Shown in pieces: positions 7,438 through 16,489 of a stretch of DNA of 64,000 nucleotides. The position numbers were made by a program, and so were the translations under genes. Source of the DNA: a bacterium (GTDB lineage: Bacteria; Zhuqueibacterota; QNDG01; JAGLOF01). The notes below the pieces were generated by a model, which worked only from the letters and a program-made list of their open reading frames with translations, searched no databases and had not been told where the DNA came from. Location of the stretch: positions 27,967 to 91,966 of the forward strand of contig JAFGRY010000005.1 in the NCBI GenBank assembly GCA_016934955.1, read 5' to 3'. The stretch's first letter is position 1, and every line of letters starts with the position of its first letter.

Positions 7438-10400
7438 TCACTTGATGATCGCGAATTTGCCCATCTGTTCATCGCCGGTCTTCGCCTTGAGATGGTAAAG
7501 ATACATACCGGCTGCGACTTCCAGGCCTTCCTTGGTCAGTAAATCCCAATGCACAAGACCGTTGTCCGCATCATTGTTGACATCGATCTCATCGACCAGC
7601 ACACCGCTGACCGTAAAAATCCTGATGGTGCACTCGGCGGGGATATTGGTAAAGATGATGCGCCGCCGCTGATTGAGCCTCCAGTTGCCTACCGCGGGTT
7701 CCATGGCATTGGTGGCGACATAGGGATTGGGGACGACCTTCACTTTCTTGAGCGTTTCGGCCAGTTCCGCTTCATCAAGGGGCGGGGTCTCACTGACGGT
7801 GAAGAGCAGTGAATCACGGTCAAAGAAAGGACGGCGGAAGGTAACCGAGTACACATCGTTGGCCTCGGGGAAATCGGTGCTGCTCATAAAGTCGATGATG
7901 AACGCCGTTCCTGCCCAGCGGTCCTCGTCGTTCACCGGCCCCACGAGCACCCGGTCCCCGGCCATGGAGAATATACCGTCACCGTTCATGTCCTGGACCA
8001 CGAGGTCCATCACATCATACGAACCGTCGACGCCCGGGAACGATGTATTCACCACATAAAACGGGAAGGATTCCCCGGTGAGCAGTGCGTTTCGATTGAT
8101 CCGGGTTCCGTTTTCATCCCTCATCGTTTTTACGGTTACGACGCCGGTATAGGCGGTGTCGCTGTCGGTGAATCGTATTTCGTAATCCCATGGGAAGTAC
8201 TTCGATTCCTCGACGGTGGGAACGATGCGTATGGGAGCGTCTCCCACGAGCCACCCGGAGTGCTGGGAATCGTACACGGGCTCGGTAAGGGGCTGATAGA
8301 TGTTGAGCCGCATTCCTTCGAAAATATCGGTATGCAGCGTTACACCGCTGCGCAGATACGAGACACCGAGGGTATCATTGCGGATAATATTCTCGAAGGC
8401 ATATTTTTCCGGCGTTTCCTGATAGACCGGCCGGCCGCCGTCGGTAACATCATGCACGGCGAACCCGCTGGTGACGTACTGGAACCCCAGGGCATAGTCT
8501 TCCACGGTGCTCACCGTATCGATGCTGAACGTAACCCGGTACTGATGACCCGCTTTCAAATCTCCCTTGGCAAGGATCTCCGGCTCCACGGTTCCCGCGC
8601 CGAAGACAAGACCGTTGTCGTCACTGTCGACCTCTGGGCCTGTATATCCCGCGGCCTGCGGGTGAGGAACCACTATCTGCACGTTCGGCCCCACCGAACG
8701 CACGGCTTCGCTCTCGTCGAGATCGATGTAGATGCTGTTTTCGGACGGGGCAATACCCGGCCCGATATCCGGCGCGCCGTAGTCATAGGCCACCAGCGCA
8801 TAGTAATAGGTCCTGCCGTTCTGAACATCGTTATCGACGAAATAGTGGGTGATGCCGCTGTCGTCGCCGAGGTAGTACCCCACGCCGTTGACAAGACCGA
8901 AATCGGTGAAGCCGGTGATGCCGTCGATAAGATCGCACTGGAATATCGGTTTTTTCAGCATCGGCGTGCCGTAGCCGTCGGTAATCACTTCCGCATCCGA
9001 CATGCGCTTGTCGGTGGCGCGGTAGAGCTTGTATCCTTCGAAATCATTTTCATTCCTGAGGAAGGGATCCCGGGTCTTGGTGTCCGCCCGGTCATCCCAG
9101 CTGAGAATGACCTTGCCGTCCGCGGCGGTCGCCTGCAGGGTCGGCATTTCCGGCGGTTTCGCGAACCGGTAATCACTTTCATAGATAACCTGCACGATGC
9201 GCTTCGCCTCAAAGAGAGCGGGAGCGCTGTGCGCCTCGGAATTCAGGCCGGAAAGGGCATCATAGGAATGCACCTCCGCCATGGAGATCCGCTCGGTCCT
9301 TCCCTGGTAGAGCGAAAACGGACCGGAAGCGAAGGTCTCGATGAGATTCGAAATATTGCCCAGGTACTCGACCAGCGTGTCGCTTCCCAATATCTCCCAC
9401 ATCGATTTGTCACCCCGGAACCAGTGATACTCCGATGAGTGGCTGGGCACCGGAAAGAGCTGAAAACTGGTGAGACCGACCATGTCCGATTCGGACACAT
9501 CGGTTTCCGCGAAATCGGGTTCGCTGTCCCCTTCCCGGCGGTCGGGCATGTGGTTGCACTCACCTTCGTCAGGACCGGTATAATTGAGCTCGGCGGGGCC
9601 GACACCATCCAGGCCGACGTCGTCGCCGGCATCTTCCGTGATCTGATAGATGCCGTCGCCGTTCAGATCATCGCCGTCGTCCCAGTCCTGGTCTTCATCC
9701 GCGTCCCAGTGGACCCGCAGATCCTCCGCTTTGAGATTGTAAAAATCGAGAAAATTCGTCAGATTCGTGATGCCGTAGGTGGGATCGACTTCGGCCGTGG
9801 CATTGTTGTCACGCTGCTCATCGGTCAGGCCGTCCTCATCGTTATCCACACCGTCCTGGGAGATGCCGGGACTTTCCAGGTAGGCGAATCCCATGACGCC
9901 GGGGGAAAGGCCGCCCTGTCCGATGCCGTCCACATCCCAGGAGTAGGCCAGATCGATCTTTCGGTCAAAGTATCCGAGTTCATCGTCACGTTCGCCGCCG
10001 ATGCCGTTGTCCACCCAGTAGCCGAAGGCCACCTCAGGAATATCGTAGTCGGAAATGTTGGCGATGGTGTATTCCCAGAAAATGCAGTCCCGGGCCTGGG
10101 GATTGTTCCACTGAAATCCCCGCTGTTCCACCCGCAGCCCCAGGCCGCCCCAGGGCTGCCCGTACTGGATGGTCACGTCCGGCCGCTTGTCGCCGATACG
10201 CACGCCGGGCCGGGGGTAGTATTTGACTCGGTCTTCCGGCCCCAGGTATTCGAGGTCCTGGGCGTCATTGACGACGAAATAGGTTTCCAGATCGGCGCCG
10301 ACCTTGCCCCGCCCGAACCGGCCGTTCCACTCGCCGGGCCAGACAAGCTGATCGCCGGAGGCGGGCCAGCCCGCTGTCGGCCAGGAACTCGGGTGGTTGC

Positions 10401-10884
10401 TCATGGCGGGGTATTCACTGTTTTCATTAAAATATCCGAACACGGGATAAAAACCCCATTCGATGGTCCCGGTGGGATTCGTGTCCATCTCTTCCCGATA
10501 ACTGGTCTGCAGGTAGTAGAGCGTGTCCAGATCGGTCCTGCCCATGGCGGCCTGAATATCGGTCACGGGTATGGTATCGTTTTCGAGATAGACTCTGGCG
10601 CCCACGAGCAGGGCGATCCCGTCGAGCATACGCACGCCGTCGAGATTATTCGGCCAGCGGGACCACTGTGACCCCACGGCGCCGTTCACCCACTTCGCCA
10701 GCTCGGTTGTGTTTTGAAAATAGAGGTACACCCGGTTTCCGGTCATGTACCCTTCCCGCTCCGCGGCAATATCACCGGCCGGATCGTCGGGACCTTCGTA
10801 CAGCTTTCCCTGGCTCCACAGCGGACTCACACCGACGATAAGACAGAGCAGGGCTGCACTGAGAACTGTCATCACCTTTTTCAT
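7438..10884 (-). CDS. Large secreted protein of unknown function with acidic calcium-binding-type repeats and a T9SS C-terminal sorting domain
   Basis: The ORF runs to 10926; the likely start is MKKVMTVLSAALLCLIVGVSPLWSQG at 10884. It contains thrombospondin-type-3-like acidic loops (DGVDNDEDGLTDEQRDN; DADEDQDWDDGDDLNGDG). The CTD-like end reads VVPNPYVATN..CTIRIFTVSGVLVDEI..GMYLYHLKA..GKFAIIK. There is no SusD-like TPR lipoprotein character. Confidence 0.6.
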   Translation of the reverse strand: MKKVMTVLSAALLCLIVGVSPLWSQGKLYEGPDDPAGDIAAEREGYMTGNRVYLYFQNTTELAKWVNGAVGSQWSRWPNNLDGVRMLDGIALLVGARVYLENDTIPVTDIQAAMGRTDLDTLYYLQTSYREEMDTNPTGTIEWGFYPVFGYFNENSEYPAMSNHPSSWPTAGWPASGDQLVWPGEWNGRFGRGKVGADLETYFVVNDAQDLEYLGPEDRVKYYPRPGVRIGDKRPDVTIQYGQPWGGLGLRVEQRGFQWNNPQARDCIFWEYTIANISDYDIPEVAFGYWVDNGIGGERDDELGYFDRKIDLAYSWDVDGIGQGGLSPGVMGFAYLESPGISQDGVDNDEDGLTDEQRDNNATAEVDPTYGITNLTNFLDFYNLKAEDLRVHWDADEDQDWDDGDDLNGDGIYQITEDAGDDVGLDGVGPAELNYTGPDEGECNHMPDRREGDSEPDFAETDVSESDMVGLTSFQLFPVPSHSSEYHWFRGDKSMWEILGSDTLVEYLGNISNLIETFASGPFSLYQGRTERISMAEVHSYDALSGLNSEAHSAPALFEAKRIVQVIYESDYRFAKPPEMPTLQATAADGKVILSWDDRADTKTRDPFLRNENDFEGYKLYRATDKRMSDAEVITDGYGTPMLKKPIFQCDLIDGITGFTDFGLVNGVGYYLGDDSGITHYFVDNDVQNGRTYYYALVAYDYGAPDIGPGIAPSENSIYIDLDESEAVRSVGPNVQIVVPHPQAAGYTGPEVDSDDNGLVFGAGTVEPEILAKGDLKAGHQYRVTFSIDTVSTVEDYALGFQYVTSGFAVHDVTDGGRPVYQETPEKYAFENIIRNDTLGVSYLRSGVTLHTDIFEGMRLNIYQPLTEPVYDSQHSGWLVGDAPIRIVPTVEESKYFPWDYEIRFTDSDTAYTGVVTVKTMRDENGTRINRNALLTGESFPFYVVNTSFPGVDGSYDVMDLVVQDMNGDGIFSMAGDRVLVGPVNDEDRWAGTAFIIDFMSSTDFPEANDVYSVTFRRPFFDRDSLLFTVSETPPLDEAELAETLKKVKVVPNPYVATNAMEPAVGNWRLNQRRRIIFTNIPAECTIRIFTVSGVLVDEIDVNNDADNGLVHWDLLTKEGLEVAAGMYLYHLKAKTGDEQMGKFAIIK

Positions 10885-10974
10885 ACGAAACAACCTCATA
10901 TAGTAACGATTATTGTACACCATCATCCGGCGTCGGGCCGGCCATGATCCTGTTTTCTCTCCGGTCCCGGCGGC

Positions 10975-13662
10975 CTAAAACATCAGCTCCAGACCCGCCT
11001 TGATCAGCCGGGGAGACGCATACATGGACGGATTCTGAACAACATCCTCAAAGGTATTGAAATCGCTGTGATGAGCGGCGATATCCGTATCTCTGATGAT
11101 TGCCGTATACGCCCTGCCGGTTTCTGCATTTACCCACACCTCGTTCAGGGTGTCGAACAGATTGTAGACATTCAGCACCAGCTTCGCTTTGAACGGACCG
11201 GGTATGGGGATGTTGTAGTATCCCGCGAGGTCAACGCTGAAGCGTGAAGGGGCGGCCGCATTGTTCGGATAGAGGTTCACCCGCGAGAGCATGCTTTCAC
11301 TGACCGGGGACCAGGTGTAGGGAGATCCGCTGTTGTAATAGCCGGTCATGGTCGCGCCGTAGGCGGCGGTATTGTACCCGATCGTGAGGTTGAACGTATG
11401 CCGCTGATCCCAGCTCATGGGAATGAGGCGCGGGATCGGATCCATGCTGTTTCCGGCCCGGGTGAATGTCTGCAGGGGATTGTCCGCGTTTCCGCGGGTG
11501 TACTGCAGGGTGTAGTTTAAATAGGAGGAAAAGGAGCCCCGCACGAAATCGAATTTCAGCTCGAGCCCTTTCGCGTTGCCGTAATCTTTATTTGAATAGA
11601 GTCCGTATTCTATCTGGTTGAAGGTGGTGATCACCTTGGCGCTGAGCATATCGTAGATGTCGCGGTAATACAGGGCCACTTCCATACCCATGCCTTCCAT
11701 CAGCTGCTGCCAGAGCCCGATCTCGTACTGTATCGTTTTTTCCGGCTTGATCTGCGCGTTGCCCATGGTGGTGGCATAATCGGCGGGAGCGACCTGAAAC
11801 GCGTGGTTCTGATAGAGCGCGTACAGGGGCGGCATTTTCCGGAAATGTCCGTAGCTGAAACGCAGGAGCGCTGCTTCGCCGAGCTGGTAGGCGAGACCGA
11901 ACCGGGGGCTGAGCTGTATCTTCGCGTCCGCGTCGGGATACTCCGACATTTTCTCGGGATCGTCGGGGAAATCAAGCTGATTGGCCGGGTTGCGCCGCTG
12001 TGACGGATATACCGTTTTCGGGTTAAAGTACTCATAGCGGAGACCGACATTGATCACCATCTCGTCGAATTCCATTTTATCCTGTATATACGCGGCGAAC
12101 TCCACCGGTTTCACCCGGTAGACATCGGAATAGATCGATGAATCGGGCAGGATTGAGGGTACGTACAGTTCATTTTCCCACTGCGTGCCGTAGTAGTAGT
12201 TGCGAATCTGATGGTACTGATTGTCAAGGTCGTGCAAAATCAGATGGGCGCCGGTTTTTATGTTGTGCTGCTGGGTGATCTGCCAGCTGAAATCGAATTT
12301 TCCCGAATATTCGGTCTTTATGCGGATATCGTGATCCTTGTTCTGACCGCCGGTAAAAAACCCGGGACCGGTGTTCCGCAAAAACCGGTCATGCAGATAT
12401 CCTTCATCGAACGGATTTTCAAACAGGTAATACCCGTGATCATGCCGCATCGCCGATAATTTCAATTCATAAAACATCCGCTTCGTGAGCAGATGGTTGA
12501 TTTCCAGGGCGGCGATTCCCGACTCGCGATGGGTCGAGGACATGCCGTCGGGATTGTATTTGAACGCGTGATCATACCCGAACCAGTTGTCACGGTTGTA
12601 GGTTGCCAGCAGGGAGGTTCTGAATCCGTTAAAGGGCAGGGCGGTGATTTTTGTCATCACCGAAAGGTTTTTACTTTTGTTCATGGGCACATAGGCGCCG
12701 TCGCCCGTGTGCTCGGAATACCAGTCGGCCGGATCCACCGATTCGAAATTACTGTAGTCTCCGGGATTGAAACGGCGAAGGCCGTTGAGATGGTTCTTGT
12801 TGTCCTGATAACGGACATTGGCAAAGAACGAAAGCTTGTTGCCCAGGATGGGGCCGCTCATGCTCATTTTGTAGTCCTGATTTCTGGTCAGTTCCCCGTC
12901 GTCAAGACCAATGAAAATATCCTTGTTGGGAGTGAAATAGTTGCCCAGCTGTCCCGAGATCATGCCGTGGAATGTACTGCTTCCCCCCTTGGTCACCGCG
13001 TTGACGATACCGCTCATTGCCTGACCGTATTCGGCGTTGAACGTACCGGTGATCACTTCCAGATCGGCCACCGCCTCGGGTTCGAGGTCCACTGATTTAC
13101 CGGCGCCTCCGAATGATTCGGTTACCGGGATTCCGTCAATGAGATAGGCGACTTCCGTAAGGCGTCCTCCCCGGAAGTGTCCTTCCACCACACCCGCCTG
13201 CATACTGATCGCAGCCCCGATATTCTCGATGGGCATGACATCGATCTGTTCACTGGACACATTCCGGATCGAGCTGGTTTGATCTTTCTTCATAGACACC
13301 ACGCTGGCCTGCACAACCACGGGAGCCAGTTCCACCACGCTCTGGTTTAGCTCTATATCGTAATATGATGTCCGGTTTACGGAAACCCTGACATTTTCAA
13401 TCTGCTTGGTCTGGTAGCCCATGTAGAGCACCCGCAGTGTGTAGGTGCCCGGCGGCACGTTGAGGATGGTAAATTCCCCGTTCTTATCGGTAGCCGTTCC
13501 CCGTGACGTGCCCTCGATGACCACATTTGCATATTCCAGGGCCTTCCCGTTGGTGGCGTCGGTCACTTTGCCCTTGATTTTTCCGGTTGTCTGCGAGAAA
13601 AGCACTCCTGTCATGGAAAAACAAACCAACAGGAACGCGAAAATCGAGCCTTTCCCTTTCAT
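10975..13662 (-). CDS. TonB-dependent outer-membrane receptor with N-terminal CarboxypepD_reg-like domain
   Basis: The ORF runs to 13794; the likely start is MKGKGSIFAFLLVCFSMTGVLFSQ at 13662. A carboxypeptidase-regulatory-like fold is present (GKIKGKVTDATNGKALEYANVVIEGTSRGTATDKNGEFTILNVPPGTYTLRV). This is followed by a plug region, a long beta-barrel, and the terminal ..AGLELMF. Confidence 0.9.
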   Translation of the reverse strand: MKGKGSIFAFLLVCFSMTGVLFSQTTGKIKGKVTDATNGKALEYANVVIEGTSRGTATDKNGEFTILNVPPGTYTLRVLYMGYQTKQIENVRVSVNRTSYYDIELNQSVVELAPVVVQASVVSMKKDQTSSIRNVSSEQIDVMPIENIGAAISMQAGVVEGHFRGGRLTEVAYLIDGIPVTESFGGAGKSVDLEPEAVADLEVITGTFNAEYGQAMSGIVNAVTKGGSSTFHGMISGQLGNYFTPNKDIFIGLDDGELTRNQDYKMSMSGPILGNKLSFFANVRYQDNKNHLNGLRRFNPGDYSNFESVDPADWYSEHTGDGAYVPMNKSKNLSVMTKITALPFNGFRTSLLATYNRDNWFGYDHAFKYNPDGMSSTHRESGIAALEINHLLTKRMFYELKLSAMRHDHGYYLFENPFDEGYLHDRFLRNTGPGFFTGGQNKDHDIRIKTEYSGKFDFSWQITQQHNIKTGAHLILHDLDNQYHQIRNYYYGTQWENELYVPSILPDSSIYSDVYRVKPVEFAAYIQDKMEFDEMVINVGLRYEYFNPKTVYPSQRRNPANQLDFPDDPEKMSEYPDADAKIQLSPRFGLAYQLGEAALLRFSYGHFRKMPPLYALYQNHAFQVAPADYATTMGNAQIKPEKTIQYEIGLWQQLMEGMGMEVALYYRDIYDMLSAKVITTFNQIEYGLYSNKDYGNAKGLELKFDFVRGSFSSYLNYTLQYTRGNADNPLQTFTRAGNSMDPIPRLIPMSWDQRHTFNLTIGYNTAAYGATMTGYYNSGSPYTWSPVSESMLSRVNLYPNNAAAPSRFSVDLAGYYNIPIPGPFKAKLVLNVYNLFDTLNEVWVNAETGRAYTAIIRDTDIAAHHSDFNTFEDVVQNPSMYASPRLIKAGLELMF

Positions 13663-13802
13663 AATAATCCCTTTAACAATTAGATCACAAGGCAGAATAC
13701 ACACATGACCCAGTCGATCGATTCTGTCTCGAACAATTCCCGTACGCTTCGCAGGTGTCTGAGACGCTACGGGACTGATTTGTCTGCCCTTCACCGAGGA
13801 AG

Positions 13803-13836
13803 AGCGGTCCGCACGCTGGATACGGTGCGGACCGCT
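13803..13836 (-). terminator. Perfect 12-bp GC-rich stem-loop downstream of the 821-aa gene (terminator-like, no U tract)
   Basis: AGCGGTCCGCAC (13803-13814) and GTGCGGACCGCT (13825-13836) are exact reverse complements with a 10-nt loop. The structure sits 16 nt beyond the stop at 13852. Confidence 0.5.
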
Positions 13837-13851
13837 TTCCCGGGTACTGTC

Positions 13852-16302
13852 TTATTTCATCAGCATCATTTTTTTCATGAATGTGTGTGAATCCGTTTTC
13901 AGGCGATAGAAATAGATGCCCGACGCAAGACTGCTGCCGTCGAATTCCACACGGTACGAACCGGCGTTCCGAACCTCGTTGATCAGCGTCTCAACCTTGC
14001 GGCCCATGATGTCGAACACTTCCAGCTTCACATGGGTGCGAGCCGGCAGGCTGTACTCGATATGGGTTACCGGGTTGAACGGGTTGGGATAGTTCTGGGA
14101 CAGCATGAACACAGAGGGCTGGTCCGCGTATTTTTCCTCGACCGCGGTGACGCCGGCAGTGTCGCCGATCCAGGTGTAGAACCACTGCTCCACCGTTGAC
14201 CATTGAGTGTCCTCGGCGTTCGGTGAAAATCCCAGATTTCCTTCCCAGGTGCCGCCGTCGTTATCATGGAAATAGATATCCAGGGGCACTTTCATACCGC
14301 GCACGGGGTGGAAACGGGTATCTCCGGTCGCTACAACGGAATCAAGGGGAATCTTGACTTCGACGATATAGTCTGAACCGCCCAGGTCACTGAAATAGTA
14401 GTTGTCATCAGCAGGCGTCCAGAGCGCTCCCATATTGGCATAATCACGTACGAAATTGTTTTCATTCGCATACATGATGCAGTCAGGCTCCGTGCCGCGT
14501 CTGATAGACTGATGGGGACTGCCGGTCTGGTTGTAGAGACCGAGGAATATCTGGAACGCATCCTGATCCCACCAGTTGCCCGCGCCAAACGAGTAGGAGT
14601 CATCGATGACATCGGCGGCTACGTAGAGATTGTTGTCATCGATCGCCATATACACAGTGGCCGAGAGATCATCGGAATCGTCGACACTTTCCCACACGTT
14701 GTCGGTCTCGGGGGTGATGACAAAGGGCATGATGCCCGAAGCATCCCATTCACTGAGGTCGCCGTCCGCCGCAAAATTTGCCGGAACATTCAGAGAAATC
14801 GTCGGAATACCTTTGGCGGTGTTGGTGGTGCCGCCGGCGCTCGTGCCGAAATCACCGGTGTTGCCGCCTGCATCCGTGCAGGTCACCGCGTAGTAATAGG
14901 TCACATCAGTGTCGGCAAGCGGATAGACCAGCCAGTGGGTTGCCTGATAGGAGTCCTCCGACGTGAGGCCGGCGGCGATTTTGTCAACACCGCCGGCTGC
15001 AAGATCGGTGATCGGATTAAGGCTTGCGTACACAGCATAGGACGCTTCCGATTCACCCGGGACAGGAGTCCAGTAGACGAGGTTGTAATAGGGACCTGCA
15101 GAGGCGCCGACGCCTGTGGGCGCCAGGGGCGCGACAACATCGATGCTCGGATTACCGGTCCACAAATTGTCAAAATAGATATTCTTGCCGCCGACTCCAT
15201 TCCCTTCGGCCATCATTTGAAAGACGACCACATTGGAAGTGTCAAAGCTGGCAGATCCATCCTTGAACGAAAAATCAGCCAGGGCAATAGCGTAATCATG
15301 CCATGCGCCGTCATCTATGGGCGTCCAGTTGTATCCCACTTTGTCGACACCGTCTTCCATCTGAAAACGCAGACCGGGGGTGCCGTCATCGACTTTCGCG
15401 GTGAATTTCAGACTGTCCTGGGTCCAGACACTCGACATATTGTAGGCGGGATCGATGTTCCAACCGGCACCGGCCCAGCCGTCGCCGTGTGTATAGACAA
15501 GGGCGTTGGTGCCTGCTGTATACCCTTCATCATCCATGACCGCCAGGGCGGCGCCCCAGGTAAACCCTTCGAGACTCGAAGAAAGCGTCTTGCCGTTGAA
15601 GAAAATAAAGGGGACACTTCTGGCGCCGTAGAGCTTGATCTCATCGAATGAAATTTTCACGGAATCGGCCGGAAGATTATTGGAAGCGTCCCAGCCCGAT
15701 GTCACTACCGTGAGATTGAATCCGAGGATCTTGTTTCTGTCAAGCATTCTGTTATTATTGGGATTGTTCCAGCTGTCAGGAATCAATACAAAGCCCTCAT
15801 CATTGGGAAGTACCGAGCCGTCCGACTCTCTTTCCAGCAGGGGAATCCTGAGCTGCACCCAATCGGTTTCCGTATCGAGAATTGTCGCATTCTCATAGAT
15901 ATATTCTTCCTGGTCTGCGTCGGGAGTCGGTTTGTCGGCGATATGAATCCTGAAATACAGGTTTTCAGGCACGGTCCCGGCTTCGCGCACTTTGATCCAG
16001 ACACTGATCGAATCGTATGTGCTCCAATCCATGAGATTGTCTTCATCCACCCGATAATAGATCTGGGCATAACTGCCCCACTGATGATATTCTCCGACGA
16101 CGGCATCCATGTCCATTGATCCGATGCCTTCGACGAAATCGGTCGTGTTGTCCCTCAGGATAATCTTGCTGAGGCCTCCTTCGGTACCCAGATCATACAG
16201 ACTATCGGCCACAGAAGAATCGAACGTGTCGAGCACGAACTGTCCATAGGCGATAAAAGGGACCAGTATCAGGAAGATCCCGGTCAGTAATACTTTCTTC
16301 AT
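13852..16302 (-). CDS. Secreted putative glycan-binding protein (CBM-like modules, FN3, CBM9-like domain) with T9SS C-terminal sorting domain
   Basis: The ORF begins at TTG 16317; the better start is ATG 16302 (MKKVLLTGIFLILVPFIAYGQ), 8 nt after GAGGAGG. An FN3-like stretch is present (PLAPTGVGASAGPYYNLVYWTPVPGE..YYYAVTCTDAGGNTG). A CBM9/DOMON-like region follows (DGDLSEWDASGIMPF..ATVYMAIDDNNLYVAADVIDD..WDQDAFQIFLG). The type-A CTD reads SQNYPNPFNPVTHIEYSL..LEVFDIMGRKV..GIYFYRLK. Confidence 0.6.
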   Translation of the reverse strand: MKKVLLTGIFLILVPFIAYGQFVLDTFDSSVADSLYDLGTEGGLSKIILRDNTTDFVEGIGSMDMDAVVGEYHQWGSYAQIYYRVDEDNLMDWSTYDSISVWIKVREAGTVPENLYFRIHIADKPTPDADQEEYIYENATILDTETDWVQLRIPLLERESDGSVLPNDEGFVLIPDSWNNPNNNRMLDRNKILGFNLTVVTSGWDASNNLPADSVKISFDEIKLYGARSVPFIFFNGKTLSSSLEGFTWGAALAVMDDEGYTAGTNALVYTHGDGWAGAGWNIDPAYNMSSVWTQDSLKFTAKVDDGTPGLRFQMEDGVDKVGYNWTPIDDGAWHDYAIALADFSFKDGSASFDTSNVVVFQMMAEGNGVGGKNIYFDNLWTGNPSIDVVAPLAPTGVGASAGPYYNLVYWTPVPGESEASYAVYASLNPITDLAAGGVDKIAAGLTSEDSYQATHWLVYPLADTDVTYYYAVTCTDAGGNTGDFGTSAGGTTNTAKGIPTISLNVPANFAADGDLSEWDASGIMPFVITPETDNVWESVDDSDDLSATVYMAIDDNNLYVAADVIDDSYSFGAGNWWDQDAFQIFLGLYNQTGSPHQSIRRGTEPDCIMYANENNFVRDYANMGALWTPADDNYYFSDLGGSDYIVEVKIPLDSVVATGDTRFHPVRGMKVPLDIYFHDNDGGTWEGNLGFSPNAEDTQWSTVEQWFYTWIGDTAGVTAVEEKYADQPSVFMLSQNYPNPFNPVTHIEYSLPARTHVKLEVFDIMGRKVETLINEVRNAGSYRVEFDGSSLASGIYFYRLKTDSHTFMKKMMLMK

Positions 16303-16326
16303 AATTTTCCTCCTCAACAGTTAAAA

Positions 16327-16342
16327 TGCAGCATGTACCCCG
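16327..16342 (-). promoter_or_regulatory. Weak candidate sigma-54 (-24/-12) promoter upstream of the 821-aa gene
   Basis: The minus strand reads CGGGGTACATGCTGCA. The GG and GC doublets have the correct 10-nt spacing and a TGCA -12 element, but the -24 element (CGGGGT vs TGGCAC) is poor. It lies 24 nt upstream of ATG 16302. Confidence 0.2.
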
Positions 16343-16489
16343 GTCACCTGATATACCGCCATCCGGGTGACCCTGAAAAAAGTATCAAATGTGTTTTCTT
16401 CACCCCCTCTCAACAGATATGTATTGTATGTCAGCATTCCAGTTGTCATGATACGAAACATGTCGCGTCTTTTTCAGGCTGTGTGCCGG

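Noticed and set aside
7438-10884. Whether the gene after the TonB-dependent receptor is a SusD/RagB homologue.
   Set aside because: At 1148 aa it is about twice SusD size. It has no N-terminal lipobox Cys and no TPR-like helical pattern, and it ends in a T9SS CTD. No other SusD-like ORF exists in the window.
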